In this document: one piece after another, positions 15,674 to 29,539 of the stretch | How positions within the stretch are numbered: the stretch's first letter is position 1 | Layout: each line of letters starts with the position of its first letter | Source: the human T2T-CHM13v2.0 reference genome, Homo sapiens | NCBI RefSeq assembly: GCF_009914755.1 | Contig: NC_060942.1 | Length of the DNA: 64,000 nucleotides | Strand: one strand, 5' to 3' | Notes under the pieces: model-generated | The model's input: the letters and a program-made list of their open reading frames with translations, nothing else | What the model was told of the DNA's origin: nothing | Databases searched by the model: none | Made by a program: the position numbers and the translations under genes

Positions 15674-16090
15674 TGATATGGTTTGGATATTTGTCTCCTC
15701 CCAATCTCACGATGAAATGTGATTCCCGAAGTTGGAGTGGGGCCTCGATAACTGGATCATGGGGATGGATTTCTCATGAATGGTTTTGCACCATCCCCGG
15801 GGTGATGAGTTCCCGTGAACCACACTCTGTTCACATGAGATCTGGTTGTTTAAAAGAGTGTGACACTTCCTCCCGGCACTCTCTTGCTCCTACTCTCACC
15901 ATGTGATGTGCCTGCTCCTACTTTGCCTTCCACCATGATTGTCAGCTTCCTGAGGCCCTCATCAGAAGCAGATGCGGGCAGAATGTTTCCTGTAAAATCT
16001 GCAAAACCATAAGCCAATTAAACCTCTTTTCTTTAAAAATTAGTCAGCCGCAGGTATTTCTTTATAGAAATGCAAAAACAGCCTAACACA
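15674..16090 (+). mobile_element. MST (MSTB-like) MaLR solo LTR
   Basis: TGATATGGTTTGGATATTTGTC ... CAGCCTAACACA termini; ATTAAACCTCTTTTCTTTA; TSD ATCTA/ATATA. Confidence 0.85.
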
Positions 16091-16178
16091 ATATATAGAC
16101 ATATATATGTATATATGTGTGCACATATATACACACACACATATGTATCTGTTTATATATGTATATAAAACTATAGAC

Positions 16179-16382
16179 CAGCACTTTCAAATATAATTTT
16201 TTGTATTATTGGAAATGTTTCATAATATGTTCTATATAATATGATGACCACTAGCCACACGTGATTATTGTATCCTTGAAATGTGGCAAGATTGAGGAAC
16301 TGAATTTTTAGTTTTATTTAATTTTAATTTAAATAGCCATTTGTGCACTTGGGGCTAGTTTCTAAGATGTTGGATAGGACAA
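16179..16382 (+). mobile_element. MER3 (hAT-Charlie MITE)
   Basis: CCACTAGCCACACGTG ... TTGAAATGTGGC ... GAGGAACTGAATTTTTA; 8-bp TSD CTATAGAC/CTATAGAA. Confidence 0.8.
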
Positions 16383-16504
16383 CTATAGAAATGTTTGAGC
16401 TAGATAAACTGTCTGCAATTTTTCATTATTAGCAATCTTTAAGTATTAGCTAATGACTAATTAAAATAATTGTTTTAGAGATCATTCAAACACCAAAGGA
16501 AAAG

Positions 16505-16660
16505 ACCGAGTTAGTAACATCTGTGGCCCTCAGCTTCAGTGAAGCAAGAACAATAATTACTATCTCACTGCATTGCTGTGAGATTAAAGAAAAGAACATG
16601 TATCAAGTTTCTATCACAGTGCCTAGCCTATGTAACCGATCTTCAACAAAGGTTACTTCA
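16505..16660 (+). mobile_element. MIR
   Basis: TTGCTGTGAGATTAAAG ... CACAGTGCCTAGC. Confidence 0.55.
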
Positions 16661-18561
16661 CCTGTATCTGTAGTTATATGACTTGTAATTGAGGTCATGT
16701 TTAATTCATCTTTTAGAAGTTACAGGTAAAATAGGCCTTTAACTAGTATTGAGGATAGAATTAAAAAAATAATATAAATGCTGTCAAACTAGAGTTTTAC
16801 TTCTTCAAATGTGATCTTTAATTTAGTGGCTAACTGTCCACATATATCCCCACACTGTGGGAGCAAGGGGATGGAGGGTAAGATTTGACACTAGAGCTTA
16901 ATATAAATGATGCAGATTTGAATCTTGCAAAGATAGCTATTGCCACTAGCAAGAACAGTACCATCAACTCCAAACTGTGCCTTGATTGACACTGAGTCCC
17001 TAAAATACTGTGCAAGTGCTTATGTGAACATGCAATCCCTTCCATGATTTTACTTCTTCTCCAGTAGCAATATATCAACTACTGTAGAGACACGTTGATT
17101 TATCAGGAAGAGAGTTCATTTGAACAGCATTGTGATAGCCGTTGTCCAGAATTAATTCTAGTAGCATGCTCCCTCCTTGTCGCTATATAGTCAAAAACTG
17201 TTTTTCTTGGCAAATATCTCAGTAAGGGACAAAGAAAGGAGATTCTGTTTTCTATCGGATAATACATTTAGTGCTCTAAGCAGGCCCTGACACACAAATA
17301 TGAAACTTGAACACATGTCTCCATGTTATGTATATTTTCCACTTATTCTTGACTCGAAATTCCAATTCACAGATTTCCACCCAAAACGTGCTTAGGAGAC
17401 AGTAGTTCTTCAAAAGTTTTAGTCCAGAAAATCTATTCTCCATTCCATGAAAAAGCTGAGTTTCAATGTAGTTGAAAATCAGAAGCCTAAAATATAATTT
17501 TGTGTTAAAGTAGTTATATAATTCTTTCCCTTGTAAGGAGTGTTTTTTTAAATATTTCTTTGGATAATTCCAAAACTGTCGTGCTAACTCCTGCTGTGGG
17601 ACTCTTTTTGAAGCCCGACAGCACAAAACAAATTTGTTCGATGAGTCTCAATAGACTCACAGGACATTTTACTAACTCAAAAAAGAAATATTTGTATACT
17701 GTGCTTTTTGGAGGTCTAATAAAGGTCTAGACTTATTTTATCACTAAAGATAGATTAGTAATGAGAAGCTTATTTACAGATACAGACCCTCATTGACATT
17801 TGGGAAGGTGTGTCTAAGCAGAGAGCTCTGATTGACTTCAAGATGCAAAATGGACGCACAGCGAGTTACTGAATTATAAACCTCACCTCCTTCACTAAAA
17901 TGAGTTTTATGTAAACATCTCCAGCACCTGCTGGAGAGGCCTGACCTTCAGGGAACCTGACTATCTAATTCTGATGGCCTACAAAACTACATAATGCAAA
18001 GCCCTTTGCTTGTTCTAAAAATAGTGAGTATAATTAGTCTTGCAAATCAATGTTTCCACTCATCAGGATGACAAAATAACTTGTTAAATAGCATGACTGA
18101 TTTACATATCCAAGAGTCAACAAAAGCTTCGTCTACTATTTATTTGATTATATCTTTTCAGGAGAAAAAAAATGCAATTCATTGGCCAGCTGCCACCCTC
18201 TAAAATATGGGAGGTAATTAGAACCATACTGTTGTCATGTTTTTATAGCAAAATAGTGTGCTTTCAGAGAAGATACACCATTATCCTATCCAGAGCTGCT
18301 TTACTCATAATTATTATATTTATGCTTATAGATAAAAATAATTTTTAAGTGAGTACATTGAAAATAAATTTCACTAGTAATGTTTTGTGATTAACTTAAC
18401 AAAGTTTTTAAAAATAAAAATATTATGTATAAAATGTATATACGGAAATACTTTATTTTTTTTTCTAATAAAGGACAAAAATAAAATGTTCTTTTTTTAA
18501 CACAGTAATACTATTGACACATCCTTAACTCGTTCTTTTCAAGTGATATGAAACTACACTA

Positions 18562-18874
<313 letters not shown>

Positions 18875-19389
18875 TCACTGACACTGGAATTGCACCATTA
18901 TTAAAATATTTTGAAGAATAGCAGAAAAAATATACTGAACTTATGGGAAAACATAAAACAAACATAGAGAAGGCTTAACTTCGTAGTCTATATATTTGTC
19001 TGTTTTTTCAAACATCATATCATTTTCTGTTGACTGAAATCTTGCGAATAGTAATTCTTCCTCAATCAACTGCTTTCCCAGAAGAAATATGTTGCATGCC
19101 TTTTAAAGTATGGCAATTTTTAAAATTATAATTATATACATTTATTTACCAAGGAATTGGAACTTCAAATCATTGACACCAGTGATTTTTTCCTTGTGGA
19201 ACTTGGGAAAGCAAGTTCATTATAGGAAATTAGATTTGGTAGCATGACCTTAGAATCAAGAATGACAATTTTCTGGCTTCGAGTTAAAATAGCATCATAA
19301 CATTTTAAATGAGTGCTATTTAAAATAAAAAATGTGAATTCAATTACATTTAAATTACATTTAAAATCAATAAATACTTGTTGAATAAA

Positions 19390-19645
19390 TGCATGCGCAC
19401 TGGCCTGTATTTCAGATACTGTACTAAGGACTGAAAAGCCAGTAATAAGACCGAAATGGTCATTTCCCTTACAAAGCTTACAAGGAAGAGATGACCAAAA
19501 ATTCGTAAATCATTTACTATGTGTGGAACAGGGTAGCTTGAAAATAGCTAGTATGAAGAGCTGGGTTTGTCCAGAAGTCCTCTGGATTTTCTCTGAAGAT
19601 ATTAAATATAACCTGAAGCCTGAAGAATGAATAGAAGTTGAAGAA
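19390..19645 (-). mobile_element. L2 fragment
   Basis: Degenerate L2 3' region in antisense. Confidence 0.45.
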
Positions 19646-19775
19646 AGAGAGTTATTTTATTCTTCCTTTTCTTGGTTTAGTGGATTATCTCAAATGTTTA
19701 ACATTAAATGTTAAATTATGTTATCTATGGGTTAAATTACTATTTAGCTTGCTTAATACTAATAGCTTAGTATTA

Positions 19776-19966
19776 AGCCTCCTGAGTAGCTGGGAGTATA
19801 GGTACTTATTCTTGCACCACTATGACCTGCTGATTTTTGTATTTTTTGTAGAGATGGGGTTTCATCATGTTGCTGAGGCTGGTCTCAAACTCCTGGATTC
19901 AGTTGATTGGCCCACCTTAGCCTCCCAAAATGCTAGGATTACAGGCATGAGCCACCGCTCCTGGTC
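19776..19966 (-). mobile_element. AluJ, 3'-truncated
   Basis: Left arm, linker and part of the right arm; homology stops abruptly at 19776. Confidence 0.85.
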
Positions 19967-20000
19967 AAACATGTGATTAATATTTGAAGTTTGATATACA

Positions 20001-20288
20001 TTTTTTTTAACATAGTCTTGTTCTGTCACCCAGGCTATAGTGCAGTGGCGCGATCTCAGCTCACTGAAAGCTCCGCCTCCCAGGTTGGAGCGATTCTCCT
20101 GCCTCAGACACCCCATTAGCTGGGATTACAGGCACGCACCACCACAACTGGTTAATTTTTGCATTTTTAGTAAAGACGGGGTTTCGCCATGTTGGCCAGG
20201 CTTTTCTCAAACTCCTGGCCTCATGTGCTTGGCCCGCCTCAGACTCCCAAAGTGGTGGGATTACAGGTGTGAGCCACCGCGCCCAGCC
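20001..20288 (-). mobile_element. AluS
   Basis: Full antisense dimer ending GAGCCACCGCGCCCAGCC. Confidence 0.92.
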
Positions 20289-22569
20289 TGATATGCTTTC
20301 TAAACAGAATGTGTATTGCACAAAGTTTTCACTAATTTTAAGTATCTGTAGAAAAAGGAAAGGAAAAGAAACATTTAAAAGGTAAATATCTACAGCAAGC
20401 CTATCCTAGGAACTATAGAATCAAGATAAAATAGTACAATAACAAATATTATTATTTTCATAAACATATATGTATTTACATGTAATTTATGTAGATTATA
20501 AATTATAAAATTAATGTATTATAGAATACGAATATTATTTCTATTTTAAAGAATCAGGGAAATTAAATAATTTTACATAGATCTCATAGCTAGGAACTGG
20601 AGTAAACAGGACCAAGGAAATGAAGACCCATCACATCATCCGTTTCTACTTAAGCAGTCATCTACCTGGATGGAATTATCACTATATACATGGTTCCCTA
20701 TTAAGTTTAATAAGAAATAACAAATAAGTTACAAATCTATTCTGTACATTGTTTTATTTATTATGATTGTCCTTATTTTACAAATATTTAATGTAGTTTG
20801 TCAACAATTAAAAAGCACATATTGCAAGCTAAGACAGGAGCCCACAATTTAGAGAGAGAGTCAGACGCATAATGAATAGATACATGGTTCAGCAAAAACT
20901 TTTGTGCTTATAATCTCATTTGATCCTGAAAAAAAATAAGTTAAATAGGAGAGGTATTGTTATTGCATTAATTTTAAAAGGAAAAGTTACCTGATTCCCC
21001 TTCTAAGAATTTTGTAAATTATAGAAGTGAACTATATGGCCATAGGTTGTAGGATATCACAAAGTTCAACAAAAAACACTTGAATTAAGTTAAAAAATCA
21101 GAATGAGTTACATACTCTTAGTTAAAAATAGAATAAAGTAGTGAGAATTTTATTTAAAAATTCTATCGAGATAATGATTGCTAATGCAGCCTCTCCCAAT
21201 TCCCCACCAAAGAAACAATTAAGAAACGGAAAAGAGATGAACATTAATCTAAGAGTGGCAATTAGTGATCACCAACATCTGGAGCTGGAGGAGAAATTCA
21301 TTAATTATAATGTGTGGATCCCAATTAGCCATCATAATCAAAAGTTATCATTCATTCATTCATTTATTATTAAATGTTTACTGTAAGCCAGATATTTTGT
21401 TTTTTCTTGAAAGAAAGGTAGAACTATGATTCAGGTTTTTATCTCTACTCTTCTGCCTTTGGCTTACAAAAACATAGTGTCTATGTGAAGCAGAAAACTG
21501 GGCAGTTTGTCCTTCTTTCTGAGATGGTCAATAGTAACAGAGTCATATTCAACTTCCCAGAGACTGCAGCAATCTAAAAACAGAAGGGCAAAAACTGTAG
21601 TTATTGTTATGTGTCCACATGCATTGTAGTGGCAGGGGAGAAATGGGCACTAATCTCAACATGGAAGTCAAAATACAGAAGTGAGTGAAAGCAGAAGAAA
21701 GAGCTTAGCATTCTTCATTTTGTTTTTATTCTCTACTATTTCATATCATGACAAAAACATGCAATTAAATAGGAGATAATATTTCTGTCCAGCAAAGTTT
21801 AAGAAAGTATATGCTTGCTAGTCTAATTTGGCCTTGTGATGTATTACGAATCTGGGCTGCAGAATCTCTCTCTACTATTTAGAAATACAGATTAGACCAA
21901 GTGCGCAACCATCCTTCTTTCTGTTATAAAATGCTTGCTCAATTCTAGCAACATTCAAGTGGACATGAGCGGGGAAAAGGAGAATGTATACACCTTGATT
22001 GTACAACATCTCAACAGATTGATATTTCCTCTAGAATAAGTAAACATGTAAAAATGCCCTGGTGTTCTGCTGCTGCTTAGGATGCAGAAAGCTTCAAAAG
22101 AATATTACTTTCAAACTAACAACAGTGAAAGAAAAAGCCAGATAATCTTCAAAATCATAACTTTTTATTGAACCCATGAGAGAGCTAACGTTACAAGTCA
22201 ACGAAGTAAACTGAATTTGAGAGAGAGAGAGAGACAATCCTCTCCGGTGAGAAATGGGACAAAGGAAACTTTTGTTTCACGTGAGACAGAGAATAGATGT
22301 AGACGCCATACCAACAAGTAAGGGAAAAAAAAATGACTGAAATTGTAACACATTTTGAAAGAACAAATGTGGGCTGGCAAGTCAGGTTAGAATAGCTAGA
22401 ATCCCCAGAAAAAGGGAGGGTTAATATCCTCTTCCTATCTGTCTTGCACAGGGCACCTGTAGATGCTCATGAGGGAGCGTAGGGGCATGAATGGAGCCTG
22501 AAGAGGCCTCCTTTGGTGGCACAGATATGCAGGGGTGATCAGCTGCTGCTTAGGCGCAGACATTGCGTG

Positions 22570-22750
22570 TTTTTTTCTGGTTTCTTCTAAAAACTTTATT
22601 GTTTTATCTTTTATATTTGCATCTGCATTCCATTTATAATTGATTTATATGTACAGTTTGAGGGAGAGGTCAAGGATATTTTCTATGTACATATCCAATT
22701 GATTTAACAGCATTTATCGAAAAGATTATAATTTCCTTATTTCTCTGCAG
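22570..22750 (-). mobile_element. L1M ORF2 fragment
   Basis: ATATCCAATTGATTTAACAGCATTTATCGAAAAGA-type antisense ORF2. Confidence 0.55.
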
Positions 22751-22772
22751 TTTTTATGAAAACTCAGCTTGG

Positions 22773-23086
22773 GGCGGGGCGCGGTGGCTCACGCCTGTAA
22801 TCCCAGCACTTTGGGAGGCCGAGGCGGGCGGATCACGAGGTCAGGAGATCGAGACCATCCTGGCTAACACGGTGAAACCCCGTCTCTACCAAAAATACAA
22901 AAAATTAGCCGGGCGTGGTGGCGGGCACCTGCAGTCCCAGCTACTCCGGAGGCTCAGGCAGGAGAAAGGCGTGAACCCAGGAGGCGGAGCTTGCAGTGAG
23001 CAGAGATCAATCACGCAACTACACTCCAGCCAGGGCAACAGAGCGAGACTCCGACTCAAACAAACAAACAAACAAACAAACAAACA
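22773..23086 (+). mobile_element. AluY with (CAAA)n tail
   Basis: GATCACGAGGTCAGGAGATCGAGACCATCCTGGCTAACACGG; TSD AAAACTCAGCTTGG (22759-22772, 23087-23100). Confidence 0.95.
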
Positions 23087-25152
23087 AAAACTCAGCTTGG
23101 GGTAAAGGGCCAAATCTTTCTTTGGGCTAGGCTAATCTTTTAATATACAGTTCTACATAGCATTATTAAATTAGGTTCCTCAAAATGTGTGCCACATAGA
23201 CATACGTATTTATTTTTCCCATCTTTTTGTGTATGCTGATTCAGTGATCTACAGTAAACAAACAAACAAAAAAATCTGCTGCCGAAATATAGTAAGTTGA
23301 CATAATGACTTCCTGATTTTTTAAATAATTTACTGTTTAGTTCTCTTTTTCATTTTATTTTTCTACAGTGGTATCAAGTTATCAATTAACAAAATTAAAT
23401 CAAGACAGTGCTAGTGAACATTTAAGGGAAATGTTGTAGTACGAATGAGAAATAATCCGTGGAATTTATTCGGATGTGTCTTTTAAAATTTGAATAGCCA
23501 AGCAAGGATATTAATTATGTTTACTGCTTTTTCCATTTGCATTCAAAGTATTATTCATGTCAATTACACAAGCATGCACTTTAAATATATACAAATCTTA
23601 GAAAAGATAATGTTTTATATGGATGCCATTATCACTTATATTTCTTAATTGTTATACCCAAAGTTATTGGTAATTATTTTGGAATTTGATATCTAATCTA
23701 TCAATCACAAAGCACATTTTTCCAACTGTGAGTGCTTCCCTATGATTTGCATTTTATTTTATACTCTTTAATCTGTGAAAAAAATTGAAATGAGAAATGA
23801 CCAGATAACCAGATAAGAGTCTGTATCAAAGATGAGGGGATTTTGTTAGGATATTAAACAAAACCATTTCTAGTTAGTTTTTTCCAAATATGCTGACCTA
23901 CTCATGTTTGTAAATGTATATCTCATTTGAATATAATATCATTCACAGCTCATAAGCATGAATATAACTTGGTGAATTAACAGTCAAGTTATTCTTTTCC
24001 TCCTAAGAATAATAATTTCTTTACTTAATGAAAATATTAGAAATACTTCCTACGTTAGATGATAAACCTAAAGGGTGACAGATTATGACTAGCTGAAAAG
24101 GTTACTGAAAAGTCCATCAAAGGCAAGATTAGGATTTGAATTGAATGAATTTTGGAAGGGAATAGAGTCCTAGTATACCTAGAACTGGAGATGGGTAATA
24201 TCTTTAGAATGCTTGGAGAATACATCTGGACTAGAAGCTGAAACCGATACACATGTTAATTCAAGCTAGGGTCTGGGGTAATTCAACCTGCTTTTTAAAA
24301 TTTTAATTTTGTAAAAATTCTACACCTAGCCTGTCCTTGTAAGAACAACCTTCACCCTCTTAAGTTGTAACAGTATGAATACAGAACTAGCAGACATTTA
24401 AAGGTTTTACCACTGAAGCAAAAATTTCCTTTGACTAAATAATCTAGAAAGTAGCATTTTGGAAAATAAACTCCATTATCTAAACACTACAGAATTTTAA
24501 TATTTTTTAACAACAACAACATACTGATCAATACAAGATTGGTTAGATAAAAGCCTTGTGTACTAAGCAGTAGGGAGGCTGCCCCTACAACATTTGAAAG
24601 TATAAAATTTGGTGCTCATCTTCATAGTAATACAAATTCCCATTCTGCTTTAAAAAAGCACCAAGGAACCATCTTTACTAAAGCATGGATGTTGGAATAT
24701 TGCTTGAATAAAAGAAGCCATAATGTGGCATTTATAAAGGTTATGTCTATTTCAGAATTCTCATTGTAATGGTATTTATTGCTATTGATGTTGATTTGCA
24801 TCTATTATATCTCTATCTGCAGAGGGTGATGTTCTTGGTAACATAAAAATAAATCAATTAATGAATCTGAGTCCCCTGGTAGGTGTTCATCTGAGACCAA
24901 TAATTCTAACATTAACAGACGTGGAAAGGATTACTTGAACACAAGCAAACATACAACACCATCAAAACCTCATTAATTTGGTCATAACCTTCAGAATGTA
25001 TTATTATTTGAATTACTGTTTAGTTTTGATAAATCTTCATAAAGTGTATAGACTAAATACTTGAGAGAATATTGTATTTACAAGCCCTTTAGACACACTC
25101 ATTTACCTAAATGGTGTTGCACTTAACAATAGCTAATCCACAATAATTTTTA

Positions 25153-26144
<992 letters not shown>

Positions 26145-26329
26145 AAACCACAATAATTTTTACATGAGAAATTGTATCTTTTTTTCTTCTTCTTTGAAAA
26201 TGCCCAAAGTTCTTCAATATTTAAATAACTATCCCTAATTTAATGATATCTCCTTGAACATATCTTACTTCAATCCTCTTTTACAAGGGACAACATTTTG
26301 AACTTTATTTTAGTTTTGATATTGGTTCT

Positions 26330-27000
26330 ACAAGGAATTATGCACAATCATTTGGGAGCTTGTCCAAGGTAGAAGAATTAAGGGATTTGGGACAGGGAGG
26401 CAACAAGAAGCAAAGATAGTTACAGTGAATAATTACCTCCTAAAAAGTAACCAGAATACTTCAATGAATTGTTTATTAAAACTACAAAAAACAAGAGAGT
26501 TATCTAATACTTTCCCTCCCTCATCTGAGATTTTTCCCTGGGGGCATTATCTCTCTTAGCAACGAGTAATACATGAATGTAGCCTGAAAAAAGTCCTCTC
26601 CAGGTCTTTAGTGAAGGAGGAATTTGAACGCAAAAAGTGAAGATTTGTGGCTCACAATTTAGGTTAGACTCTATCACACAATCAGCATATAAAGAAGTCA
26701 AACACACCTAGACCTATCCATGGTATCTACGGCTGAAATCCAGATTAGATCTAGTAGATGTGAATGGCTCAAAGTGTTTCTACTATGGTCCAACCATTGT
26801 ACCTCTCAGATTCTCTCATGATTTACAGTTACCTAGACTTCATAGTGGTTGTTATATGTAATCCTTACAAAAGAACAGTACAGGAGGAATAAACTATAGT
26901 CTCCATTGCTAAAATTGGGCCCAAGATTATAGTAGGATTGCATCATCTTCCTCTATGACCACCAATTCTAGAGTGCCCCCACCTTCAGCCAGCACTTAAA
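26330..27000 (-). mobile_element. Old ERVL-class LTR plus internal fragment
   Basis: Resembles the ERVL internal 3' region (CATCTTCCTCTATGACCACCAATTCTAGA); highly diverged. Confidence 0.35.
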
Positions 27001-27009
27001 GTTGTCCAG

Positions 27010-27570
27010 TATACAACCAAACTAATAAAAGTGAGAAGAAACAGTATAATGTACTGCAGTTGGAAGAGAAAATGTAGGTAATCAAAACTACCCTTGAGAT
27101 GACCAAGCTCTTATCTCAAGGTTAAAATTGTTAAAATTAAGAAATAAAGATTTTAATGGGGTAATTACAAATACATTCAAGGACATAAAGAAGAAAGCAT
27201 TCATAATAAGTGAATATATAGGGAATAATATCAGGAAAAATTAAAACTACATAACTAAAATTCTAGAGTTAGAATGTGTAATTCTGAAGTAGGATGTTCA
27301 CTGGATGGATTTAGGATCAGATTGAGGATAAAAGATAGAAATCATTCATTTTAAAAAACAGAAAGGAAAAATATTTAAAAAAAATGAATGAGGCTAAGTG
27401 ATCTGTGACATAGTATTGAGTAACATAATGTATATGTAACTGAACTCTTAGGAAAAGAGGAAAAAGCAAGTGTGGCAGAAAATATATTTAAAAGAATAAA
27501 GCTGCCAGGTCTCCCAAATTTGTAAAACAATATTAAGTTAAAGACCCAAGAAGTTGAGAAAGCTCCATAA
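27010..27570 (+). mobile_element. L1ME ORF1 fragment
   Basis: A-rich ORF1-like sequence (AGTGATCTGTGACATAGTATT ... CCCAAATTTG ... CCAAGAAG). Confidence 0.6.
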
Positions 27571-27579
27571 ATTATGAGC

Positions 27580-28530
27580 CTCACTTTTGTCATTACTACT
27601 TCTGTATTAAACAGTTATATACTGAAGGTACTTAAACAATTAAAATATGTTATATTTACCCATATAGCTACCATTTCCACTGTTCTTCATTACTTTGTGT
27701 AAACCAATATTTCCACTGGTGTCTTTTTGTACTTCCTGGAGAAATTATTTTACATTTTTCTAGTGCAAGGCTTTTGGTGCAACTCTCGGCATTTTTATAT
27801 CTAAAGAGTCTTTACTTCAATTTCGCTTTTGAAAAATATCTTTGCTGAGTACAGAATTTTAGTGTGGCTATTTTTTTTCTTTAAGTACTTTATGGATGGT
27901 GTACCACTGTTTCCTGGCTTCCACCATTTCCAATCAGAAGGCTGCTTTCATTGTCATCTTTGTTTCTTTGTAGATATGTGCCATTTTTAAAAAACTTATT
28001 TTTATCTCTTATCTTAAGCAATTTGATTATGATGTGACTTGGTATGCTTCCTTCATGTTTCTCATGTTTAGAGATATTCAGCTCCTTGGATATGTGGATT
28101 TATAACTTTTATCATACTTGGAAAAATAAATGTCTATAATCTCTTCAAATATACTTTCTCCTTCTTCCTTTTAAGTCTTCCAGTTACATATAAACTAGAG
28201 CACTTGAAGTTATCTTACAGTTAATTCATGCTCTTGATATAGCCAACCACCTGGGCTTCTCCATATTCTCTTTTCAAAGGAGGGTGACTGCCGTGCTCCT
28301 GATTTTCTCCTCCCTGGAAGGGATGCATTCTCCAGTTAGGGTACTTTAGCAATCAGCTCACATTATTTGTTTCTCTTCTCTTAGTGATCACTGTCCTTTG
28401 TCGCCCAAAGTTTACTGTCTTGAAATACCATTGTTTCCATATTTCCCTTTGTTTTTTAATTGCGTCACATGGAATGTTATGTACATTTTCTGTTATTCAC
28501 TGAGCCAGAAGAGGAACTTGTCTTGTCAGT
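27580..28530 (-). mobile_element. L1ME ORF1/5' fragment
   Basis: TTTTGAAAAATATCTTTGCTGAGTACAGAATT and AATTTGATTATGATGTG, antisense ORF1. Confidence 0.65.
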
Positions 28531-29032
28531 GCAGTTTTAGATGTTTGTGGGTGAATTTATATCTCATTGTAATTCCAATGTTCATTTTCTTGATAACAAA
28601 TAATATTTAACACTTTTAGTGGTCATTTCTATGATATCTTTTGTGAAATGTCATTTTTGTCCTGTTATTATTTTTAATTATAGCTCCTGGATTACAGTGG
28701 ACATCTACACTATAGCGGACTTAGGGTTTATATGTTATGACTACATCTTTGGATATAAGGTTAAAAGTGAATGTTATACCCAAACGTGCACAGGCAAACC
28801 CAATCATGTACAAATAAATGGGATGTGGCAGCCCATTCAAGAGAATTTGCCAAAGTCCATTCAACCTGGTATTTTTTTTTTTCACTGCTGACTAAATAGA
28901 GAGTGGAATCATGAATTGATGGTGAATTAAGGAGGAAGAACAGGTTTTAAGACATGGGGTGAAGAGATTAAAATTGGAATTCAGCTTCAGTCATATTGAT
29001 TTGTAATAACTATTGAACTTTGAATATACATG

Positions 29033-29185
29033 CAAATGCTTGTCAACCAACTATGGGGCTACATCCTGATAAACCCATCCTAAGTCAAAAATATCATGAA
29101 GTGAAAATTCATATAATACCCCAACAAACCCATCATAAAGTCAGAAAGTTGGAAGCTGAACTGTTGTAAGTCATGAACTATTTGA
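29033..29185 (+). mobile_element. MER47-like Tigger MITE
   Basis: ATGGGGCTACATCCTGATAAACCCATCCTAAGT; internal repeat AAACCCATCATAAAGTC. Confidence 0.65.
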
Positions 29186-29186
29186 C

Positions 29187-29195
<9 letters not shown>

Positions 29196-29235
<40 letters not shown>

Positions 29236-29264
29236 TGTGTGTGTGTGTCTGTATGTGTGTGTGT
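29196..29264. repeat. (TG)n microsatellite
   Basis: Read directly. Confidence 0.95.
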
Positions 29265-29539
29265 ATTGTATATTGAGTGGTAGATTTGGGAGCCATTGGC
29301 ATTTTTAAGGTAATTAAAGCCATGCTGGTAGCTGCATCCACCAATGAGCAGAGCACATGTGAAATGAGAGGCAACTGGGTAGCTTGAAGACGCAGTTGGA
29401 TCATGGTCACTTCTGATCTCCTCTGAAAGTCGTTAAAATTTCTTGTAAATTTTAAACTAGTTTCAGATTCTGTAAAACCAAACCAAATGCATATAATATA
29501 AAATACCTGTAAATGGTCAGATTCTCTAATTTTTTAGAA

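Larger units (their letters stand above)
28880..29370 (-). mobile_element. L2 fragment interrupted by a MITE and (TG)n
   Basis: ATTTGGGAGCCATTGGCAT ... AAAGCCATG resembles antisense L2. Confidence 0.5.

Noticed and set aside
16830-17626. Minus-strand ORFs of 82 and 116 aa
   Set aside because: Non-ATG starts, no recognisable motif or exon structure; length compatible with chance
27010-28530. Twin-priming inversion of a single L1
   Set aside because: The two opposite-strand pieces appear to cover overlapping ORF1 sequence, implying two separate old elements
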